DNA from: Christensenellaceae bacterium
Lineage (GTDB): Bacteria; Bacillota; Clostridia; Christensenellales; Christensenellaceae
Assembly: GCA_036660175.1 (NCBI GenBank)
Contig: JAVXBD010000001.1
Coordinates: 4,511 to 68,510 of the forward strand
Reading direction: 5' to 3'
Length of the DNA: 64,000 bases
Below, one piece after another: positions 35,960 to 44,002 of the stretch. Position 1 is the first letter of the stretch, and every line of letters starts with the position of its first letter. A program made the position numbers and the translations under genes. The notes below the pieces were generated by a model. That model worked only from the letters and a program-made list of their open reading frames with translations. It made no database searches and was not told where the DNA came from.

Positions 35960-37439
35960 CCCCCGTTACTATATGTATAATCTTTTCACCGTCAATATCT
36001 TTACCATTGTTGATTTCACCTTTTAGTTCGCCGTCATACATCAGTAAAATCCGATCACATAAATTTAAAACTTCTGGCAATTCTGAGCTAAACACCATAA
36101 TCGTCTTTCCGTTCTTAGATAAATCTCGTATGATATTATGTATTTCTTCTTTTGCCCCAACATCAACGCCTCTTGTTGGTTCATCTAACAGTAAAATATC
36201 CGAATCTGAGAACAGGCATTTTGCAAAGACCACTTTTTGTTGATTTCCACCTGACAAAAGCGATACTTCTTTTTCGTCTGTATTGGTAACGATGTTTAGC
36301 ATTTCGATATGCTCTTGAGAAACTTTTAGCTCAGCCTTAGAAGAAATAATACCACTTGAAGCAATTTTTTTCATATTCATCACAGGAATGTTTTGACGAA
36401 TAGACAATATCGAAAAAATACCTTCCGTTCTTCGTTCTTCTGGAGCAAGTGCAATTCCGCTTTCTATGGCTTCCGTAGCATTTTTAAACTTTACTTCTTT
36501 ATTATTGATAAGCATCTTGCCTTCAAATTGATCAATTCCATATATTGTGTTTGAAAGCTCTGTTTTTCCAGCACCTACAAGTCCATATACACCAATGACT
36601 TCGCCTTTAAAAACATCAAAAGAAACATTTTTCAATTTTTTGTTTGTTATATTTTTTAATTCAATAATTTTTGTATTATAATCAACCTTATTGGGTATGT
36701 ATTCTTCTACAACTGTTTTTCCGAGTATCATTTTTACAAGCTCTGTTCTATCTTTCACTTCGGAAATACTCTTTGTTTCTATATGCTTTCCATCTCTTAA
36801 AACAGTAACATAATCACCTATTTCAAATATTTCGTCTAATCTGTGAGAAATATAGATCACAGTAACATTTTTCGCTTTTAGTTCATTAATTATTTTAAAG
36901 AGTCTGTCAATTTCAGATTCTGATATGGCGGCAGTTGGTTCATCCATAATGATGATTTCCGCATCAGTAGCAATTGCTTTTGCGATTTCTACAATTTGTT
37001 TTTTTGCAACACTTAACTTAGAAACAAGAGTTTTAATATTGATGCTTGGTTCAATGCTCTTCAACGTTTCTATGCTTTTTCTTACTTGTTCATCTTTTTT
37101 AAAAAAACCGAGTTTTGTTTTTTCCATTCCAAGCGAAAGATTTTCTTCTACCGTTAGCTGATCAACAACATTTAATTCTTGAAACAAGGTGCTAATTCCA
37201 GACTCACGTGCTTCTTTTGTGCTGCTTGCAGAAAACTCTTTTTCATTTAAATAAATAATACCGCTTGTTCGAGGCTGTGCACCTGTCAAGATTTTAATAA
37301 GAGTCGATTTTCCAGCACCGTTTTCTCCCAACAAACAATGAACAGTATTTCTTTTAATATCAAAACTGACATCGTTTAACGCTGTCACGCCAGGAAATTT
37401 TTTTGTGAGGTTTTTAAATTGTAATATATGATCGTCCAT
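35952..37439 (-). CDS. Sugar ABC transporter ATP-binding protein, duplicated ABC domains
   Basis: Walker A motifs GENGAGKST and GLVGAGKTE, signature LSGGNQQK, Walker B IIIMDEPT and ILLLDEPTRGVD. Confidence 0.9.
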   Translation of the reverse strand: MDDHILQFKNLTKKFPGVTALNDVSFDIKRNTVHCLLGENGAGKSTLIKILTGAQPRTSGIIYLNEKEFSASSTKEARESGISTLFQELNVVDQLTVEENLSLGMEKTKLGFFKKDEQVRKSIETLKSIEPSINIKTLVSKLSVAKKQIVEIAKAIATDAEIIIMDEPTAAISESEIDRLFKIINELKAKNVTVIYISHRLDEIFEIGDYVTVLRDGKHIETKSISEVKDRTELVKMILGKTVVEEYIPNKVDYNTKIIELKNITNKKLKNVSFDVFKGEVIGVYGLVGAGKTELSNTIYGIDQFEGKMLINNKEVKFKNATEAIESGIALAPEERRTEGIFSILSIRQNIPVMNMKKIASSGIISSKAELKVSQEHIEMLNIVTNTDEKEVSLLSGGNQQKVVFAKCLFSDSDILLLDEPTRGVDVGAKEEIHNIIRDLSKNGKTIMVFSSELPEVLNLCDRILLMYDGELKGEINNGKDIDGEKIIHIVTGGE

Positions 37440-37468
37440 TTACCTGTCTCCCCTCAAATCATATTTTA

Positions 37469-37498
37469 TGCGGCAGGGATTTTGCAGCCCCTACCGCA
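37469..37498 (-). other. GC-rich intercistronic stem-loop between the binding-protein and ATPase genes
   Basis: tgcggcaggg (37469-37478) pairs with ccctaccgca (37489-37498), with a 10-nt loop and one G-U pair on the transcript. No clean U-tract follows. Confidence 0.55.
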
Positions 37499-37514
37499 CA
37501 AACATATTATTTTT

Positions 37515-38654
37515 TTATTTACCTGCTTTTGTTAAATCAGCTGTTGATTTATATTCATCTGTCAGCCATTTTTGAGCTTCGTCAACAGGCATTGTCCAAT
37601 AGTCAATTTCTTTATCTGTGCATTCAACCGTTAATTTCTCATCAGGATTGATTTCTCCTGTATAAGCTTTCATGATTGTATCTAATTTTGTTTGAGCGTT
37701 CTCCATTGGAGTAAGTCCCATTGTTACTTTGAAAGATGATGATGGATCATAAATCAACATCAATTCTGCTTCTGTTGCGTCTGTTCCAACAAGAATTTCT
37801 GTTTCTGGAACGCCATCAACAGCTTTTCCTCTTCCAGCTTCTTGAAGTGCAGGCCATATTGCCAATGAATAATCAGATGCTGCGCCATAGAAGATGTTTG
37901 TTTCTGGACAAGCTTGGATAATATCTTGAGCAACTTTGTAACCTGTGTCACGTGTGCCGCCGCCATCAACGATCATGCCTTCTTTAGCATCAGGAGCAAC
38001 GCTCTTGATTCCTTCAATAAACGGACCTGTTCTCATTTCTTGAACTGTTGGGTTATCAATGTAGTCAACTACACTGTATACAATAGGTTTGTCAGGATGG
38101 AATTCAATCCATTTTTCAGCTGAAACTTTACCCATTTGGAAAGCACTTTCCGCTTCGTTGATTGCAACGAAAGGAACGTTGTTTGGTGTTTCTAAATAGA
38201 ATGTTATGATTGGAATCCCAGCAGCTCTTGCCGCATCAATACCAGGTACTACAGATTCTGCTTCATAAGAATGAAGAACGATCATGTCTACGCCTTCAGC
38301 AATTAACTGATCTAAGTTTGATACAATTGTAGGTTGCTCAAATTTTCCGTCAAGTACTTTTACTTCTGCACCATACTGCTCTTTTGCTAACTGTGTAAAC
38401 CAGTCAACATCAGCTTGATGGTAGCCATTAGCTAAAGTAATCGGAATTTTACCAATAACGAGTCCCTCAGGAATCTCTTTTGGAGCATCAGCAGCAGGAG
38501 CTTCTGTTGCTGCGTCTGCAGCGGGAGCCTCTGTTGCCGCTGGAGCATCTGTTGCTGCTGGAGCAGCAGGAGCTGCAGGTGCACAAGATGTACCTACTGC
38601 GACTACACCAAGAATCATTACGACACAAAGTGCAATACAAATAATTTTTTTCAT
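37515..38654 (-). CDS. Sugar ABC transporter substrate-binding lipoprotein (type I, RbsB-like) with an Ala/Pro-rich tether
   Basis: Signal peptide plus lipobox (VAVGTSC). Then an APAAPAAPAATDAPAATEAPAADAATEAPAADAP linker, then a PBP1 fold sequence. Confidence 0.85.
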   Translation of the reverse strand: MKKIICIALCVVMILGVVAVGTSCAPAAPAAPAATDAPAATEAPAADAATEAPAADAPKEIPEGLVIGKIPITLANGYHQADVDWFTQLAKEQYGAEVKVLDGKFEQPTIVSNLDQLIAEGVDMIVLHSYEAESVVPGIDAARAAGIPIITFYLETPNNVPFVAINEAESAFQMGKVSAEKWIEFHPDKPIVYSVVDYIDNPTVQEMRTGPFIEGIKSVAPDAKEGMIVDGGGTRDTGYKVAQDIIQACPETNIFYGAASDYSLAIWPALQEAGRGKAVDGVPETEILVGTDATEAELMLIYDPSSSFKVTMGLTPMENAQTKLDTIMKAYTGEINPDEKLTVECTDKEIDYWTMPVDEAQKWLTDEYKSTADLTKAGK

Positions 38655-38724
38655 GTTTGTTCCTCCTTAATAATTTGGGTAATTCCCATTTGTCATTATT
38701 TTATTTTTGGCATCTGCCAAAACT

Positions 38725-39849
38725 TTATTCATATTTACCATATTTTTTAATAAACTCGAACATCTTTATGAAATTTTCAGGTGGTGTATCTGGCTGCACA
38801 TGGTTAGCAGTAGAAATAATATATCCACCGCCTGGTGCAAATGCATCAAGACGCTTTTTTACTTCTTTCTCAACATCATCAACATTGCCGATTAGGGCTT
38901 GCTGAATATCAATGCCGCCATGCAGCACAACATCATTACCAAAAGTTTCTTTGATTTTTTTAGAATCCATACCATTTGCCAGTGGCTGCAATGGATTTAA
39001 AACATCTACACCCATTTCAATAAAATCAGGTATATAGTCAAATATTGCTCCGCAGGAATGCAAAAATATTTTCATATTCGGAAATTTTTTCTTGATTGCT
39101 CCAAACATTCTCTCAAAAGGTTTTTTGAAAAACTCTCTGAAACAATCGGGTGAAATAAACGGAGCTTCTTGTGTACCAAAATCCGAAGTAAATTCTACCC
39201 ATTCAACATAAGGTGCGATTGGTTCTAAATAATATAAATTCAGTTCTGTTAAAAATTCTTCGATTTTTTCGATTAAATTATGCGCAAATGTCTTGTTAAT
39301 GTATAAATCCATAAAAAAGTCTTCTGCTCCACGCATGAATTGTCCAAGATCAAAAAATTGTCCTGAAGAAGCAGATGTTGCAGTAATTGCACAGTCTGTT
39401 TGCTCATAGTATTGTTTTGCACGCTCCGCAAGTCCTGCAATTCTGCCTGGATCCTTTGCATTGGGCCATTTATAGTTTGCCAATGCTGATTCATCAGCAT
39501 CTTTTAAAGGATGAAAAGCAACCGTTGGATAGTCGCCTGTCAATAGCCTGCCAATCCCCAATTCATCAATCAAATATCCGTTTTCATTTGTATAAGATTT
39601 AAAATTCTGTGGTTTTCCAATTGTAATGTGTCTAAAATCGCATCCAAAGATGTCGCTCATCCGATAATCTTCATATTCGGTAGCTGTACCAGGTCTAATC
39701 AGCTCTCCTAATTCTGTGAAATTCATCTCTTGCGCAAGTTTCTTATAGAATCTTGCATCCAGTCTTGATGCACTTCCCCACATATCAACAGGCACTCTAT
39801 CGGCTTCCTTGTGATTTAGTGCAAGGCGTACTCTTTCTCTACTTGTCAT
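38725..39849 (-). CDS. URO-D/MT2-like protein, paralog
   Basis: 374 aa. MTSRERVRLALNHKEADRVP N-terminus, HSCG motif (IFLHSCGAIFDY), GVDVLNPLQ block. AAGGAG ribosome-binding site. Confidence 0.7.
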   Translation of the reverse strand: MTSRERVRLALNHKEADRVPVDMWGSASRLDARFYKKLAQEMNFTELGELIRPGTATEYEDYRMSDIFGCDFRHITIGKPQNFKSYTNENGYLIDELGIGRLLTGDYPTVAFHPLKDADESALANYKWPNAKDPGRIAGLAERAKQYYEQTDCAITATSASSGQFFDLGQFMRGAEDFFMDLYINKTFAHNLIEKIEEFLTELNLYYLEPIAPYVEWVEFTSDFGTQEAPFISPDCFREFFKKPFERMFGAIKKKFPNMKIFLHSCGAIFDYIPDFIEMGVDVLNPLQPLANGMDSKKIKETFGNDVVLHGGIDIQQALIGNVDDVEKEVKKRLDAFAPGGGYIISTANHVQPDTPPENFIKMFEFIKKYGKYE

Positions 39850-39876
39850 AATGTTCTCCTTAAGCTATATAAAAAA

Positions 39877-41412
39877 TTAAAATTTTTGCTGAAATTTTGA
39901 AATTTTATCGTATACGCCACCATTGGCTAAACTTTCATATGCGTCACAATAGATGGCATACATTTCATCATAAATGACAACATTTTTTGAAATCGGCTCA
40001 AATCTCTTTGCGGGTTTTACCATTGCTTTAGCTGCTTGTACAACATTTTCGTATACACCAATTCCCACAGCGGCACACATTGCTGCACCCAAAACAGCTG
40101 CATCTTTTACGGCAAGTGTTTCCACTGGAATATTGTACATGTCTGCCTGTATTTGATTCCAAATATCAGATTTTGTTGCACCGCCAATAACTCTTCCTAC
40201 GTTGACATCAAATCCATTTTTTCTGATTGCAGTAATGATGTCACGCATCTCCATTGTAATTCCTTCCATACAGGCTCTTGCCATGCAAGCCCTATCATGC
40301 GCAAGCGTTAATCCTAAAAACGCACCACGTGCATTAGAATTCCATCGAGGAGCTGCAGAACTTGCAAAATACGGCATCATAATCAGCCCTTTTGCACCAA
40401 CGGGTACAGTTTCTATCATTTTATTTAAATCTTCAAAGATATTTGTGTGATTATTTTTTGACTGAAAGTTTTCAAGTGCTGCAATTTCTGTTGAAAACCA
40501 TTTGTAAACAACCGCAGCAGCATTTTGAAGCCCTTCAAATTCCCACATACCATGCAGTGCATGATTTGTTACCATGGTATTGCCCGTTGCATCTCTGTAT
40601 TTTGAATTCAGCAATGCTGTTGCAAGGCCGCCAGTACCAAGGGATGCTGAAACAATTCCACTTTCTACAACACCAGCACCGATTGCTGCACTGTTTTGGT
40701 CACCAATTCCAACACAAATGGGTGTTCCTTTTGCAAAAACACAGTTGCTTGTTACTTCACCAATTTTTGTACCAGACTGCATCACTTTAGGCAGTATTTT
40801 TTTGTCAATTTCAAACTTAGAAATCAACTCACTGCTATATTTACAATTATCGGTTTCCCACAATCCCCAAAAGGCTGCATCTGGCTCATCTGTATAATAA
40901 TCATCTGCGCCTAATTGCTTTAAGATATAATCCTGTACTTGACAAACTTTTTTTGTTCTTTGCCAAATTTGTTGCTCATATTGACGAACCCACATGATTT
41001 TAGGCAGAATCCAACAAGTGTTCAGCGGTAAACCAGATATTCTATAAAACTCATCTTTACCAAATTTTAAATCAAGTTCTTCAACTTGCTCACTTGCACG
41101 GTTATCCATCCATGAAATCATCTTGATGGGTTGGTCGTTTTCATCAATAAAAATGCACGAACTTCTTTGTGCAGAAATACTAATTGCAGCAATTTCTTTT
41201 GCATCAATCTGACTGGCAGCCATAGCAAGTTCACTTGCTTTTAAAACCGCATTAAAAAGTGTTTGCGCATCCTGCTCTACCCAGTTTGGCTTCGGGTAAA
41301 TACAAGGATACTCTACATATCCGCTGGACAGCGCATTTCCTTCAAAATCAAATAGTATTGTTTTTGTGCCAGTTGTGCCGACATCAATTCCCACCACATA
41401 AGCTTTTTTCAT
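39877..41412 (-). CDS. FGGY-family carbohydrate kinase (xylulokinase/LsrK/gluconokinase class; substrate unknown)
   Basis: N-terminal ATPase motif GIDVGTTGTK, central GIGDQNSAAIGAG, C-terminal GGATKSDIWNQIQADM. 511 aa. GGAGGG ribosome-binding site. Confidence 0.88.
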   Translation of the reverse strand: MKKAYVVGIDVGTTGTKTILFDFEGNALSSGYVEYPCIYPKPNWVEQDAQTLFNAVLKASELAMAASQIDAKEIAAISISAQRSSCIFIDENDQPIKMISWMDNRASEQVEELDLKFGKDEFYRISGLPLNTCWILPKIMWVRQYEQQIWQRTKKVCQVQDYILKQLGADDYYTDEPDAAFWGLWETDNCKYSSELISKFEIDKKILPKVMQSGTKIGEVTSNCVFAKGTPICVGIGDQNSAAIGAGVVESGIVSASLGTGGLATALLNSKYRDATGNTMVTNHALHGMWEFEGLQNAAAVVYKWFSTEIAALENFQSKNNHTNIFEDLNKMIETVPVGAKGLIMMPYFASSAAPRWNSNARGAFLGLTLAHDRACMARACMEGITMEMRDIITAIRKNGFDVNVGRVIGGATKSDIWNQIQADMYNIPVETLAVKDAAVLGAAMCAAVGIGVYENVVQAAKAMVKPAKRFEPISKNVVIYDEMYAIYCDAYESLANGGVYDKISKFQQKF

Positions 41413-41454
41413 TTTTTAAAGCCCTCCGTATATATCGTAATACAACAGCCTTTG

Positions 41455-42612
41455 TTAAATCGCTTTTTCTCTCATTTCAACAATTGTTTCAAGTAATGCA
41501 ACAACATTTTCAAGAGGTACATCGTTCATAATTTCTTGTGCCGGCGCTATAATATGGCCACCGCCTTTTCCAAGAATTGTAATTGCTTCTCTTGCCATCG
41601 TTTTTACTTCTTCTGGTGTTTTGGTCGGCAGTGTTTGTGTATCAATTCCGCCCCAGAAAACAAGATCTTTACCGTATTCACGTTTTAAATATTTTAAATC
41701 ATTACATGGCTGTACAGGTTCCCAGCCATCAAGGCCAATATCAATTAGTTGAGGCAGGTAGTCAATCATTGCTCCACATGAGTGCATAATGATGTACTGC
41801 CCATTCTTTTTATATTCAGAAAACAATCTCTTATAATGAGGCAAAATTTGTTCAGTAAACATTTTAGGTGAGAAAAATCCACTGATTTGCATACCTAAAT
41901 CATCACCATGATGAGCAAACTTAAAGCCCATATCGGACTTCACTTGTGCAAGTTTCATTCTATAATCCGTTACTTTTTCCATCAAGCACGAACATAACAT
42001 TGGATTGCCTGCCATTTCTGTCATAAATCTTTCCCAACCCATCAATGCGTAAGAACGCTCATAGGTTGCAAAATATCCAGAAGGAATGATGCACATATCT
42101 CCAGCAACACCATCTTTATCTCTTTCATACCATGTTAAGTTTTGAGGATCTAATGGATCTGGTATTTCATAGTTCATGATAGCATCTTCAAAAGACATAT
42201 CCATATATTTTGTTAATCTTTCAGGCAGAACTTTTCTAGCAGCCTTGTCTTTTTCTTTGTCGCCCATCAGCACACCATAATCTGTAAAGAATCCATCCTC
42301 ACCAATTACAATACCAAGACCCCAACGATCGTATACATGATTATTTTCAAAATCTGTATATACATATCCTTTTTTTGCAAGTTCGGTCATCATTTCTGGA
42401 TCATTTCTCCAAAAAAGAGGAATATCATCTGTTGCATAAGTAAATGCAATATGATTTTCTAAATAATCATCGAGCTGGTCTGGGCTGTCAAGACCTAACG
42501 CTTCACTAATTGCTTTGTCACGTGTTCTGTCGGAAAAGGAAATTTGACTTGGCAAATAGTCGATATTACGTTTTTCAAATAGTGCCAGTACTCTGTCCGC
42601 TTTTGTCATCAT
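41455..42612 (-). CDS. URO-D/MT2-like protein, paralog (first gene of the operon)
   Basis: 385 aa. HSCG motif (YIIMHSCGAMIDY) and a GLDGWEPVQ block. AGGAGG ribosome-binding site 9 nt upstream. Confidence 0.7.
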   Translation of the reverse strand: MMTKADRVLALFEKRNIDYLPSQISFSDRTRDKAISEALGLDSPDQLDDYLENHIAFTYATDDIPLFWRNDPEMMTELAKKGYVYTDFENNHVYDRWGLGIVIGEDGFFTDYGVLMGDKEKDKAARKVLPERLTKYMDMSFEDAIMNYEIPDPLDPQNLTWYERDKDGVAGDMCIIPSGYFATYERSYALMGWERFMTEMAGNPMLCSCLMEKVTDYRMKLAQVKSDMGFKFAHHGDDLGMQISGFFSPKMFTEQILPHYKRLFSEYKKNGQYIIMHSCGAMIDYLPQLIDIGLDGWEPVQPCNDLKYLKREYGKDLVFWGGIDTQTLPTKTPEEVKTMAREAITILGKGGGHIIAPAQEIMNDVPLENVVALLETIVEMREKAI

Positions 42613-42893
42613 AATAAAATACCTCCTAATATAGTGCTTACTCTCATTTCATCATAAAAGTTCTTGTTCATAATTTATAGTTTAAAGATAATATTATAAA
42701 ATTATACTGCTAAAATTATATTTTTGTAAAATATGGTTCTTCTTTGCTTACTATTAGAATATAATTTTGCAAAGCATATGTCAATAAATTTAAGGTTTCG
42801 GATGCACATTTGTTCATATATATGCCTATTCGTAATATACAAGACTTAATATAACAATTTTCCATGTATATTTATCAAATAATTTACGGAAAC

Positions 42894-42922
42894 TTGACAT
42901 TATCGTTCTATATTTATATAAT
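42894..42922 (+). promoter_or_regulatory. Consensus sigma-A promoter of the second SorC regulator
   Basis: TTGACA (42894-42899), a 17-nt spacer, then TATAAT (42917-42922). Confidence 0.65.
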
Positions 42923-42928
42923 ATTAGT

Positions 42929-42940
42929 GAACATTTGTTC
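42929..42940 (+). promoter_or_regulatory. Palindromic candidate operator GAACA-TT-TGTTC at the predicted transcription start
   Basis: It sits 6 nt after the -10. An imperfect second copy (GCACA-TT-TGTTC) is at 42804-42815. The core ACATTTGT is shared with the leader palindrome at 26965-26978. Confidence 0.45.
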
Positions 42941-42966
42941 GGATAAGTTTTGAAGGAGATTATAAA

Positions 42967-43926
42967 ATGAGCAGTACCTATTCCAGAGAGCAACTTGTTA
43001 AAGTTTCAAAACTTTACTATTTAGGAAATATGAGCCAAGAGGACATCAGTAAGATTATGAATATTTCACGTCCAATGATTTCTAGAATGCTAAGTATGGC
43101 ACGTGAACGTAAAGTAGTAGAGTTTAAAATCAATTCCTCTCCCTCATTATATTCTGAAATGTCAAAAAAAATACAGGATTTTTACAATTTAAAATATGTT
43201 TATGTAGTGCCATCATCTTTTTCTCAAGAAGAATCAAAACTTGAAGTTGCAAAGAAAGCTGCTGATTTTTTAAATCTACAGTTGAAAAATGATATTGTGA
43301 TTGGCTGTGCATGGGGTACAACAATTGACAGATTTGTACACGCATTCTTGCCCGAAAAAACAATTTCTGGTGCATCGGTTATGCAATTAACAGGCAGCCT
43401 CAATGCGCATATTGTAGAAACAGATGGCAGAGAACTCGCAAAAGAGCTTGCAACGAAATTAAATGCACAATTATACACGCTTCAAACGCCGTTGATTGTT
43501 GGAAATCCACTGCTAAAGCAGCTCTTGATTGATGAACCCGAAACAAGAAGACAATTTGATATGTTTAGAAATATTGACATCGCTTTTGTTGGTGTTGGCT
43601 CCAGTAAGCCTGAAAACAGTGTTTCCTATAAAGCTGGATATATTACAAAAGAAGAAGCACAGGTTTTGGAGGATATGGGTGCAGGTGCCGATATTTGCGG
43701 ACATCGTATTACAAAAAATGGTAATAAGGTCCAGACAATACTAACGGACAGAGTTATTTCAATTGATCTTGACACGCTCAAGCAAATACCGTTGGTTGTT
43801 GCACTTGGTGCTGGCGAGGACAAAGCCCCTACCATTGTTGCAGGAATACGTGGAAAATACATAGATGCAATTATTATTGACGAGCTTGCTGCGATTTCAA
43901 TTATAGAAACTGAAAAGATGATATAA
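42967..43926 (+). CDS. SorC/DeoR-family sugar-binding transcriptional regulator (LsrR/CggR/DeoR class)
   Basis: HTH (YYLGNMSQEDISKIMNISRPMISRMLSMARERKVV) plus a SorC effector domain (GCAWGTT ... VGVG ... ALGAGEDKA). It is divergent from the importer/kinase operon. Confidence 0.85.
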   Translation: MSSTYSREQLVKVSKLYYLGNMSQEDISKIMNISRPMISRMLSMARERKVVEFKINSSPSLYSEMSKKIQDFYNLKYVYVVPSSFSQEESKLEVAKKAADFLNLQLKNDIVIGCAWGTTIDRFVHAFLPEKTISGASVMQLTGSLNAHIVETDGRELAKELATKLNAQLYTLQTPLIVGNPLLKQLLIDEPETRRQFDMFRNIDIAFVGVGSSKPENSVSYKAGYITKEEAQVLEDMGAGADICGHRITKNGNKVQTILTDRVISIDLDTLKQIPLVVALGAGEDKAPTIVAGIRGKYIDAIIIDELAAISIIETEKMI

Positions 43927-43944
43927 CGGCTAAAATGAAGTGTA

Positions 43945-43993
43945 CAAAAAACCTCCATATATCGTATGTTTTTCGATATGTGGAGGCTTTTTT
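43945..43993. terminator. Bidirectional rho-independent terminator between the convergent regulator and citrate synthase genes
   Basis: 13-bp stem cctccatatatcg / cgatatgtggagg (one G-T pair), flanked by an A-run upstream and a T-run downstream. Confidence 0.75.
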
Positions 43994-44002
43994 AGTTGCA
44001 AT

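Noticed and set aside
38480-38590. GCT/GCA-rich repetitive DNA (also at 1-120) as a possible CRISPR array or non-coding satellite
   Set aside because: The repeats are in frame inside the binding-lipoprotein genes and encode Ala/Pro/Thr/Glu tethers. There is no repeat-spacer periodicity and no cas genes.
38690-38720. Inverted repeat TTTTGGCA-tc-TGCCAAAA just downstream of the URO-D-like gene at 38725
   Set aside because: The 2-nt centre forces a very small loop and no U-tract follows. It is too weak to call a terminator or operator with the information available.
40392-40897. 132-aa and 107-aa plus-strand ORFs inside the kinase gene
   Set aside because: They are antisense to the FGGY kinase, which has strong motifs, and they have low-complexity Gln/His/Leu composition.
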